A DNA stretch of 64,000 nt from the NCBI GenBank assembly GCA_044892525.1, contig CM097885.1, positions 142,724,001-142,788,000 on the forward strand. Direction: 5' to 3'. The notes below the pieces were generated by a model, which had not been told where the DNA came from, did not search any database, and was given only the letters and a program-made list of their open reading frames with translations. The position numbers were made by a program, and so were the translations under genes. Position 1 is the stretch's first letter, and each line of letters begins with the position of its first letter. Shown here in pieces: positions 1-11,900 of this stretch. This stretch comes from Schmidtea polychroa. Taxonomy: Eukaryota.

Positions 1-400
1 CTCGATTTATCTAAACAATTTTGTCGTTTCCGACATTTTGCAATCTCATTCTCGTTTCAACGAAGTGCCCTTCGCTTTTCGGTTCCCTCATGCTTGGTAA
101 AACCCTGTTATCGGTACTAGTTTCCTCATTATCCCCATTAGCTACATTCACTGATCGCGGTACTTCCTCGTTTTATATTGCTTCTATTCTCCGCGATTTA
201 TTAATTTCCTGATCTATTCCCCCGGGTCACTAAAGACTTTAGTTTTAACCGGCGCTGTCTCTGCACAATCGAAATCAGTTTCCTCATACGTAAGCCAAAA
301 CGGCATTACCTCTGCCCTTATTTCCGTTTCATCAATTTGCTTTGTTGCATATACATTATTAATACAATTGGGATTGCTTCCGTAATTCAGTAATCATCTA
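1..400 (-). pseudogene. Decayed coding-like sequence downstream of the putative PBS (first ORF of the LTR element), with stops and a frameshift
   Basis: Minus strand reads NYGSNPNCINNVYATKQIDETEIRAEVMPFWLTYEETDFDCAETAPVKTKVFSDPGE*IRKL..., then NVANGDNEETSTDNRVLPSMREPKSEGHFVETRMRLQ in another frame. No recognised domain. Confidence 0.3.
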
Positions 401-620
401 ATTTTTGTCCACTTTCCTTTCTATAATAACTTTTAATATCTCTGCTCACTGAAATCACGTCGTTAATGTTTTCCAATAATTCTCACGTCACTAAGGCTTT
501 TCACCGATTTCAATTTATTCAATTTCTTCTCCAAATATTTCACCGACTAGATCACGTCGTCATTTTTTTCTAAATATTTTCCCACTAACTTTCAATAATT
601 CTTCATCGACTTTGGATCAA

Positions 621-633
621 ATCAGACTCACCA
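621..633 (-). promoter_or_regulatory. Putative primer-binding site (TGGTGAGTCTGAT)
   Basis: On the minus strand a TGG-initiated motif follows the ...CCCAACA LTR end after an 8-nt spacer. The cognate tRNA was not identified and the spacer is longer than usual. Confidence 0.4.
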
Positions 634-641
634 AAAGTATA

Positions 642-3600
642 TGTTGGGTTTTAATATTTTTGAGCCGCAACTCTCTGACTCCACATGTCTCTTTAATTAA
701 AAACCAAAACTAACTAACTACCCACCGTATATTTGAATAACAAAACTATATTTCTCTCGAGACAAAATTATCACTAACCAAAATTTTATGAGTTTGACTG
801 ATCCTCCGCTCGGTGCTGATGCCTTGACAAAAGCTAATATTCACCTTTTTATTCTTCTTTTGACAAACTCTTTTTTTATATTTGATTTAATTTTTTTTTC
901 ACTTTTCTAAGTATCTCCTGATTCTATAATTTCGTTTTCCCTAAACTTCCTATTTTCTCTTTTCCTACTTTCGATTGCATCGAATTCACAGTTGAGACTA
1001 AATGCCGGTCTGCTCTGATTTTCCCATTTCTTATACACTCTCTGAAATCGGGACGACAAATGGTTATAGCCGAGCCAAGCCCTCTCCTGACATTAGACTC
1101 CACATATCTGCTTCGGCTGTTACCCAGAATTGTCCGACGGACAAATATAAATAATGGCCCGCCGGGCCTTTCTGCACGCACTATCTTGTTCTTGGTCTCC
1201 ATTATTCATTGTGACAAGATAATGAGCTTAATTTTCCTTCCGTTTACTTCTCTCTTTGTTTACCCAACTCTGGATATCTTTCTACTAGCTAATTAATTAA
1301 TTTCATTTTCTTGTTTTACATCTTTTACGAATTCTTACTATTGTTGGGCTGAATCGGAAAACATAATCGTCGAAAAATAAGATAGATAAGAGGCGAATAA
1401 AATAAAATAAGACCACCAATTTTAGGAATAAATAAATCAAGACATAAAATAAACCCTAAAATAGGATATAAAGATTAAAACAAAAAATTAAAATTAAAAA
1501 ATTAAAAAATAAAGTAATAAGATAATGAATAAGATACCGGAAAACGCAATAAATAATAAGGAATTTAGGAAATAAATAAAAGATATAACAAAAATAGGAA
1601 AATAAGTAAAATATCCAAGGAAATAGGAAAAAACAAATTAATTTAATAAAATAAGCGGTACTCAATTTTGATTGGTCCGCGTAAATGAAAAATTGGTATA
1701 TAAACCGACGCCAAAATCATAAAAATCAGTGTTAATTTGAAAACATTACAGGTAAAGAAATTTTAGCATAAGTGTCAGAGTGTTAATTTGAAAACATTAC
1801 AGGACTGACTCTAGGACCAGAAAACCTTCAATAAATCAGCAAAACCATTCGAAAACCTCATAAGTACTCAGTGACAGCAACGACTAAAACACATCAAATC
1901 AACTATCAATAGGACCCGACTACAAGCTTCGAAAACAGTTAACTACTTTGGAAAAGACGAGCCTTATATTTCGATTCAGCCTAACTCGACAGTAAGAGAT
2001 TGTATTTCATTTGTTTTGTTTAATTTTAAAGTTAACAATAACTATGTATATTTATTGAATAATTAAAATTTTAAAAGTTACATTTGATTTTCTTTTCACT
2101 TGATCCCGATTAATAAATTTGATAAATTAAATGATTTAAAGATCTAAAAGTATTAATTCGATATGATTGAGCAATTGAACTATTTTTATGATTATTTTTA
2201 TGAAGTATCTTTTTATGCTGTTTAAAGTAACGAGAAACGTGGAGTTGAACTACTCCATGTCATGGTGTGAGGTGCCTTCGGGAGCTCAGCCGGTGGACAT
2301 GGAGTTTTTCAATCACGCAGCTAGATTGGGCCGAAATGTGAAGGCTTCGTCAAGGGTCCAATTGCTGAAGGTGCGACTAAATTATCACAATGGGGTATTG
2401 TTCAAGGAATAACAGGCAGACAATGATTTCACAGAGATAGCCGTATGAACGGAAGGATTTTCGAGAATTCGCACAGTGATTGAGGGCGTCGCATTATTCT
2501 TTCATCAAGTCGTTTTCGTAAATTTTACACCTATCGGAAAATGAAATCCAGACAATGATTTAGTAAATTTCGTCAGAGGTAACGTCATCTCATAGTGCAC
2601 TTCACCTGGAAACATGGTTTTATCAAATTGATTATTACCACGTCTATTTTCCGAACTCAGTAAAACTAATTTCGTATGAAATTCCGTTATCATACATCCA
2701 ATGTCATTTAGTCTATCCAGATTGCATGTCATGTTCCAAAAGTTTTCTAAAACTTTAACTATTTCAAAACTATAAAGTGTAAGAGTCTACAAAAATCCAT
2801 CTAATATTATATTTCAAAATTATTATAAAAATTTAATTACTTATAAAAATGTAAAATACCAAAAAACCCATCTAATAATATTTATTGTTACAAATGAGAA
2901 CTAGGCTTTCACTTTGTCTACCCGAATTATTGAACGTATAACACTTGAGGGAAAATTGCGAATGGCTGAGAGTAGGTTCCATTGAAACGATATTTATTTT
3001 CGAAAACAACAACTCCACATCACGTCCGTTCAGCATATTGAATCCATCGAGATAGGATCATAATTGCTGCCAAACGAATAAATTCCAACAGTATAATAAG
3101 AGAGCCGAGCGTTAGAAAATTTCTTGTCGTTGTTTTCCATCGATCGTTTAGATAGTCGGTAAAACTCCAGCAATAATGACGAGAACGAAAAAATCCATGA
3201 TGAGGGATCACCGTAGCATAGATCATCGATTTATTTCTTGAGACCAGTCACACGATGAGAGTAGATTACGTGAATAGCGATAAAAACATATTGAATGAAC
3301 TCCTGGAATTACTGTGAAACAGCCAGCAGCACGTTGACAGAGTAGGATGCACCCGACAGATAGACATGCATATCGTGTAACCGACACTGAGAATACACAC
3401 ACGAGGGAGATAAGGAAATTCTCACATAGGTACTCATAGCACTGATTTGTCATCAGCCATAGCGATAGAATTTGCACATCCGTGAGCGATAGTGAATAAA
3501 TGCAGTAAAATAGCAGCCGACCTGAGATTATTGCCCTCAAGCTGTTAATTCAGTTACATCATTGAGAGAGAGAGATTTGTTCACACCACTATAAAGATCA

Positions 3601-5834
3601 ACTAGGTAATCAGTAACTGCTGTTTTGAGGTGCGCAATTCGCAAGGTCCTTTCATCAAATCACAAATTGATTATCTTGAGTATTCAGATTAATGTCCAAT
3701 TTAAGTTTTACAATTAATCGTAATAATTTCATTTGTAGATGTAATAGATAAGTATACAATTTTTCATTTAGTTATAACAAATGATACGACGACACCCTTA
3801 TTAAAGATTTGTTTTAATAGTATGATCCTATTATTGTGTTAAATATCATACACTTTCCGACCAACCGGTGTAAAACTTGCCGGAGTAAGCCAGGGAGGGA
3901 ATGTTGGGTAGGTAATTAGCGCGGAGGTCTTACGAATTTTGATCAAGACAGAATCTAACGATTGTAGGGAAGGGGTAAAGGTCAGTAAAAGTACTCCATG
4001 AAAAACTTCCCAGTTAAATCAGATTGCATTCGTCAAGTCAACTATTATTTAATTAAATAAAATTGTACCCGTAGAGCGGATAGTAGTTAGCTAAATTAGG
4101 TTTTTCTGTAAATAATTCGAACCAGCGTGTAAGGAGAATTCTTTTCTATTTATCAGTCGAGTATCCACGAGGAGTTAGTAACCGTGTTCAACGTATTTTT
4201 TCGAATCTTGCATATATTACTTATTAACCTTATTCTTTATAGCGAGCATGATACCAACTACCAAACCCGCGTTACGTCCGTGCTTCTCTTGCGCGGATAA
4301 AAACGCCATTATCAAAGATCTGCAAACCCAGATTGGACGTTACAAAAGGAAGATAGACGAGTTGGAAGGGACATGGTTTAGTCCCGCTCGGATGAAGGAG
4401 ACCCAGAAGAAGCTCTACCGGAGCGAGCACTGTCGAGATGCTTTGATCGCTGAAAGTCGCTCCCAGAGGAGCTTGATCAAGGAGCAGTCCGAAGCACTGC
4501 ATAAAGTTTATCTGCAGGCAACTACCACCCGAAAGATAGTAAAAATCCCGATCAAAGACGCCGACGAACTCTTTCCGGCGCACCATGATATTTCGTCAAA
4601 ATTGTCGTCTCCTGCCAAAAAGTCCTGCAAGGAATGCGTAGAGACCCAGCTCTCACCCAAACAACCAGATATCATTTTCATGGGTACAAGTCAGGTATCC
4701 CCGGTGCTTGCCTCTACGTCTAAGGCGATTCCAACCAACACAGCAACATCCAAACCGAAACGTCGGCAAATGTCTAGAGCTGAACGAAAAAGAAAACAAC
4801 GAGAACGGATGGTTGCCAAGTCCAATATACCCCTAACGAACCTCGTAGATGTAGTCAACGTTCCTTCGGTAACAGTAGTCCCCACATCTGAAGCGACTGG
4901 GCGAATTATCTCTGCCGCCGGCGTCACTTGGGAAGAGAACGCCTCCGAGTTTTTCGACCTCGAAGAGCTGTTAGCCGCCACTGAGTGGGAGAAATGAGAA
5001 TACCTCGTGGGATAATTCTGCCAATAGCGAAATCAACAAACTAAAATCATGGTGTTGTGTTTTTCTCATCTTGTCATCTTATGCTGTATACACTTTACGG
5101 ATATTGTATAGATTTGATATTGCTATAAATAAATCTTTGCGTCTTGGTATCAGTTCGTTTTATAAACGGTATTAGTATGACAGTAATAACGAGAGTAGGA
5201 AGTTTTTGTTTTTGTTTTGTTTTCGAGATTTCAGTAGAATTAGCCAGTCGAATCCCGACCCAAGATAAACAGTGAATTTTTAACTTGGATGGACGTAAGA
5301 CCTTCTATCGGCAGTCGAGGATGGTAAGTCGAGGCCTCAGTAAGGAGTAGTCCTAAGGCAGGGGCTCACCTGCTTACTGGCGTCTCGCCGGCATGGTACA
5401 GTACCAACGTGAGGGGTCTCACGGGTATCATGTTGGAGGGAAGGTTATGCGGGGCTCTGCTCAGGGTTGGCACGGTGGTGACCAAAATAATCGCAATGGA
5501 CGTTCATCTCCTAGACTAGAAAGTGGAATTGTGAGTGGTCAACCGAGTAGTGCCCCAGCACTAGGACTTTCTGAAAATTCCGTTATCACTATGTTATTTC
5601 TCAGTATCTGTTCTACCCATAACCGATTTCCCAGATTTTAATTCCAATTTATGAATCTTTTATCGATTCACATGTTTGTGCTTTTCCCATATACTGATAT
5701 ACCTTGCCGAGCCTTTCTAGCCACATTATTTTTTTGCATTTTCAATTCTGTCTCTGACCAGTCTTACACTTCTCCTATTCCTTTAATTACAACTATAATT
5801 TAATTTTACTTTTAATTATTTTATAACCCCAACA
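642..5834 (-). mobile_element. Putative giant (~5.2 kb) 5' LTR of a Ty3/Gypsy-type retroelement
   Basis: Bounded by the imperfect inverted repeat TGTTGGGTTTTAAT (642) / TTATAACCCCAACA (5834). Minus-strand AATAAA at 848-853 with a G/T-rich tract downstream, then a PBS-like TGG. ATAT flank at 5835. The second LTR is not in the window. Confidence 0.55.
4248..4997 (+). CDS. Intact 249-aa orphan ORF inside the putative LTR, antisense to the element
   Basis: Long, GC-richer ORF with CxxC, a coiled coil, a basic NLS-like KPKRRQMSRAERKRKQRERM and an acidic/hydrophobic C-terminus EFFDLEELLAATEWEK. Preceded by a GT..AG intron candidate at 4193-4242; AATAAA at 5128-5133. Confidence 0.65.
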   Translation: MIPTTKPALRPCFSCADKNAIIKDLQTQIGRYKRKIDELEGTWFSPARMKETQKKLYRSEHCRDALIAESRSQRSLIKEQSEALHKVYLQATTTRKIVKIPIKDADELFPAHHDISSKLSSPAKKSCKECVETQLSPKQPDIIFMGTSQVSPVLASTSKAIPTNTATSKPKRRQMSRAERKRKQRERMVAKSNIPLTNLVDVVNVPSVTVVPTSEATGRIISAAGVTWEENASEFFDLEELLAATEWEK

Positions 5835-7179
5835 ATATAAAACATTAAAAAACATGAATAATTATGGTTTTGAAAGCCAAGAGTTCATTAAAGATGTTAG
5901 TGAATGCAAAGAATTTATTAATGAAATTAAAAATAATTAAATGAATTAGTTGTGATTACATGATTTTCTACAAATAAATCGATTGATTTTATACAAAATT
6001 ACGACAATTATTTCATAAAATATTTACAAAATTCTCTAAAATATTTTGAGGAAAAAATGCCTCTACGAAACCAAATAAAATGATCTTATGTCAATTACCC
6101 TTATGTCAAAAACCTTTATTGTAGTTATGTTTCAGGATTTTTATTTATAAATATAGGTATTTATTATTATTTATACTACAAAATGAAATTTATTTCAATT
6201 ATGTTTATAAACACTCAAGCATTTTCTGATTAACTGTCTAATAATTTTTAATGAAAATATATTTTGTCAAAAAATCCAATTAGAGTGCTAAAACAATTTT
6301 TATCAGTGAACTTTAAAATTCTTCAATAAATCATTCAGAAAGCACTTTATAATGAATTCAACATTGCATACTCCTTATGAATTATAATTTCATCCACACG
6401 ATTTTCTATAAATGTTCAATTTTTAATAACATTTCGTATTAAATATATAATTCAAAGTATTTGCTTCTCAACTTAATACTCATCGGATGCTATATTTGTG
6501 TCTGAATATATTGTTTTACTGTTATCTCGTTAGAAATATTTTTTAATTCTTAAATAACATTGAATTTTACAGAATAAAATTTTAATTGCCTTAAAATTTT
6601 TGCTCATAAAAAATAGATTTGTCTCACCCGATCGGTTTGACAAGCTCGTGGTTACCGTAAATTAATTGATTATTCTACCAGTAAAACTTAATTGGTAAAT
6701 TAAATTGATTAAGCCAATAAAATCTATATCATTTGGAAATCATTGTTGCTATAGATTTTAATTTATTATTTAATCTATGTTGTACATTATATATAGATTA
6801 GTATTAATTTAATGATATTTATTAATTATTTAACTTACTGCATTTTTTATATCGATCTGGTTTTACACAACTTTTTTCCCGAATCTAAATAAAATTTCTA
6901 CAAAAAATCATTTCGTGAAATTGGAGCAAAATAAACTTTATTTAACAATTTTACCAAAATATAACTAAGAATCTGAAAGCAGCAATCACTGCGCCACTGT
7001 TTTCAACAATCTCATTTTTGCATTGGATTTACAAGCAATAACAGCAGAAAATTCCAAGTATGCAAAAAAATATTTTCAAATGTTTCAATAAAAATTAGGA
7101 AAACATCATTAAAATCATAAAATCTATAATGATGATTCTAAAAATATCCAGCTGCACAAAAAATGCAGCATCACTGACC

Positions 7180-7182
<3 letters not shown>

Positions 7183-7270
<88 letters not shown>
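7183..7270. repeat. (TA)n microsatellite
   Basis: Perfect TA dinucleotide run. Confidence 0.98.
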
Positions 7271-7274
<4 letters not shown>

Positions 7275-7503
7275 ATTTGAAATATCATTTCGAAAATACC
7301 TTCGGAAAATCTGGATGCAGCAGATAGAAAATATAAATAATTAAATAAAATGTGTTATGCCACTGCATTTGAACATCACCGTTTTGAATGTTAGTTTGAG
7401 GTCAATAAGTAGTTTTAAGGATTGTCTTCCAAAGATTGATAGCTCATTCGTTTTCGTTTAACAGGATAAACGATACCATCTCCACGACTGGAAATATGAT
7501 TTC

Positions 7504-7572
<69 letters not shown>
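7504..7572. repeat. (AAT)n microsatellite
   Basis: Perfect AAT trinucleotide run. Confidence 0.98.
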
Positions 7573-7577
<5 letters not shown>

Positions 7578-8992
7578 TACAACATTACACCTTTGACATT
7601 CAAACATACATTACATAATAATCAGTCATACAAATTCAATATGCAATAATATTATTTCAAATAGTAATTATTAACAATTATCCTACAAATAATGATAATA
7701 ATAATTCTGTCAATTCCGTGTGTGCACATTGTATTAAATTCTGTAACCATCCATTGAAGACTTATTGAGACTCCATTTAATTCGTGATGTTTGAATGTAT
7801 ATGTTTGCCCACTTGCGCTGAATAAACGCATCTATAATATAGGTTGGTATGTACTTATGTCCATATTATAGATTCGTCATTATTTGTGATTGAATTTTTT
7901 GTGCAGTAATAAATTCAGTAATCAATTTCCGGTTGGTGTAACTACTTATTTAGCTATTTTAACTATTTGTATTTAGCCATTTTAGAAATGGCTTTCAAGT
8001 AATTTTTTTATTTAAAGTGAACTTTAAGGTTTGAATTTTGATCCATATAGATATGAATGATACTTTTAATGATACTCTTAAATGATACTTTTTATTAACA
8101 CTTTTTATTATAAATTATTTTTAATTAATTTTTTAGGATTTTTATGAAGTTATTTGGAATTATTTCAATATAATGTAAGTCAGATATATTTTTAAATATA
8201 AATAAACATTTAATAGATTACGTGTATGTGTGTGCACGCGTTCGCACATTAGTGGTGCTTTTATTCCGTGCAAACCGATGTATGTGCCTTCGGTGAAATT
8301 TAGTTTTTTTATGTGTCCGACATGATTTCAGCTAGAATTTCTTGAATGGAATAGTCGATTCTGAAGAAGCTTCCGAAATATCCCCATACATTTTTTTTGA
8401 TAATTAATTGCTTTAAAATTGAAAATTCTTAGCTTATTAAATGCCCGTAAGCTAAATCAATGTCCTATTGCGTGTATTTTTTATTATAGAAATTTTGTGA
8501 ACCATGTTTGTGTGTATTTATTTATTTTTCTTCCACAGTGATTTTTTCTATCTTTCTATAGTGTAATTGCCAATTTAATGTCACAAAGCTAATTCAATTT
8601 CCCATCTGGCTATGTTATTATAGGTAAGTTAATATTTATATTCTAAAAAGCCAAATCAATATCCATTAGATGATTATCAATTGCCGGTAGGTGTATTTTA
8701 TCTTGGAATTTTCGATTTTTTCAGTGACAGTTTTATATTTTGTGAGTTTTTAATATATTTTGGAAGATTTTTTGGCTCGTGAACAACAAATTTATGGATT
8801 TAAATCACTTAGCAATCTATGACTTTGGAATAAAATTTTGAGAAAACTGAATTATGAGCAAGAATTGCATTTTTATAAGGTGAAAATATGGTCAGGAATA
8901 TCTTAAAATTGACTTCGTAAATCAAATTATAATGCTCGAATAAAAATAATAGTATAAAGTGATTAATTCTTGTTAGCAGCATTAATTAAATG

Positions 8993-11900
8993 TTAAATAA
9001 TTAAATGATAATTTTCCGGAAATTGAAACGAACTATCTATAGTTGAAAATTTTTTCATTTGTATTAAATATATAATTCGCAGCAAAAGGCTTAAATTATC
9101 ATTTAATTGTTTAATAATAATGATGAAAATAATAATTTCACTTAGAAACCTGTTTTGAATCGGTATAAACCAACTGCATACACTATCACCCATCAATTCT
9201 TTCAGGTTTTCAATTGCACCCAAATTAAAAGAATCTATTTCAGGATCCTGAAAGACACTTCTACGCATTGATTCTGTTTATTACATAAATAAAATAGAAA
9301 AGAAGATAAAATACCCAAAGTGGTTTGATTATTTATTGTGAGGTAAATGTGATACAAGCATAGACTTATCTGGACAACAAAAAACATTGCTGAAACTACA
9401 CCTAGAATCAGAAAATTAACTCCACGCATATTTTTTGGCTGAGGATCCTGAAACGGTAATAAATTAGTTTAGATTTAGAATGTCATTTTATACTTCAGAT
9501 GATCCTTAGATAAATTTTATTGAATAATTTATGTTTGTTTAAATAGAATATCATTACAATATTTAGTAAATAGAACAATTATTATTTTAAAGAAAAATCA
9601 CAAAAATATCGTATTGTTTTCCTCAAGTTTTGTCACATTTTCACCTACTAAAAGAATTGTGTTATAACTTTTAATAATGAATTTTACAATCTTTCAAACT
9701 TTAAAAAAACCCGAAACGTTTCTTGTATATATAACAAAAAACACCACAAATAAGTAACACGGCTGTAACATACTCATAGAAATACAAATCACTGAATAAA
9801 AATTATAATATTACGTGTCATAACATAAATGAGTTATATTCGTCATAATAATTTAATGTACCAAATGGCATATTAATTTAAACAATCAATAAATATAAAT
9901 GAAAATATATCCAATTAAATTTTTGTTTGTACAATTAAAAGAGTCTTCGGAAATCCTATAGGTAAACGTCGTTTTACGCTGGTTTGGAATTCACAGGTTC
10001 TTTCGGTTCGCCCGACACTAGACGACAGTAGGCGCTGCGATTTTAATAGCAGACACACATTTTACTCATTGTGTTATTCTATTACCGTATACGTGAACAG
10101 CCTATTGTGTGAGTGTAATTGTTTCAAGTTAGCCTTCGTTTTGTTTTTAAGAAAAATAAAAAGGTATGATGTTATGTTTTATGGGTCTTTATTAATTGTA
10201 CTTTATTTTAGATATTTATAGTTTAAATTAGTAATTTATACTTTTTTGTTTTTTATATAAAGTTTGAACTTACTAATAAATAGAATAAAGTATAATTTCC
10301 TAATTTAAAGTATAAATATAATTTTCTCGCATTTTTTATTTTATTGTTAAAATTAAAAGAATATTCAATTTGCAGTTTTATTATGGGCGACAATATTGAT
10401 TCAGAACCCACACATTTTGCAAAAAACCACGAAAAAATATGCCTGAAGACAAAACGGACGTAGTTAAACGCATTTATGACGACGAAACCAGACCTTTTGT
10501 CTGCGGAGCTCTAAATTTACCCCGTCCTCACTGACAACAATCATGAAAAACGCTGAGAAAATAAAACACGTAACTTACAGCCGGAGCAAAAATATAAAGA
10601 AAATGGAAAAAATGTTAGCATTGTGGGTCGATGACACCAATTAAAAAATATTCCTGTAACACAAGCAGTCATATGCAAAAAAGCAAAGTTGATTTTTTCT
10701 GATTTGAAGGCACAGGAAAACACTGACAAAACTTTCTTGGCAAGCACTGTGTGGTTCACGAGATTCGAATCTCAAACAAATATCCGCAGCGCTAAACTAA
10801 ACGGCGAGCCCTGATTTAACAGCAACGGCAGCTTACCCTCAAAAGTTTCAAGAAATTGTAGAACAATGCAAGTCCCTGCAGATCTCATCTTTAATTTTGA
10901 CGAAACAGGCCTCTATTGGAAGAAGTTGCCATCGAGAACGTTTATTTCGCGAGAAGAACGTAGCGCTCCTAGATTTAAAGTGACCAAGGATAGACTGACT
11001 GTTCTCTTGAGATCAAATGTTTCTGGTGAGTTAGTATTTATTTTAAAAAATGCATTATTTATATTAAGAGATTATTATTTATTTTGTAAACGAATTTAAA
11101 CTGTATTTATTATATAAATTTATAAATAAACATGCCAGATTGTTCTTAGAATTTTGACAGGGAACCAAAACTTATATCATCCACTATATTTGTGTTCATT
11201 TTATGCCGGCGTCTCTCGGAATGGAACCCCGGCGTAAAACGACGTTTACCTGTATTTCATTATTAGCATATATCTATAGAAGATTCGTAATTTGAAAAAA
11301 ACAAAAATTTTTAAAAATTAATTTCTTCAAGTAAACACATGACTGGCGAACAAGTAAAAAACTATTATTTCTAACTATATTTATACATCTATGTTATTTA
11401 TATATAAAATTTGTTATACAAGTCATATTATAGAAAGTTAATCATTTATTACATGTTGCCTTAGGCATATTGTAATCTTTAACATAAAAATACCGGAATT
11501 GACAAAAAGCTTAAAGCAAATGCACTTGTACTTTGATAATATTTTCTTGGAAAATGAATAATTTCCTAACACAAATTTGTTATCAGGCCTTTTAAATAAA
11601 ATGCATTTCACTATTTTCCTAAATATCGATACACTGCATGATTTGAATAAATAGAAGCCTTTTGGGAAACTTTAAAAGAGGAAAGTCAATAGATTAACCG
11701 AAAATTGAAACTGAGTAGATTAATATGTTTATAGAAAATTTTAAATTAAATATTAAAGATTTGAACTCGAAGGAAATAACTAGAATAAATAAATAATTCT
11801 AGTTATAAAATGATTAGACACAATTTAGTTTATTAGAACTGGTTTCTCGAGAAAATTTATAATAGAAAACTTAAAGATTTATAAAAACCATTAAAATTTT

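Noticed and set aside
7129-7618. ORFs with poly-(YI) and poly-I tracts
   Set aside because: They are translations of the (TA)n and (AAT)n microsatellites.
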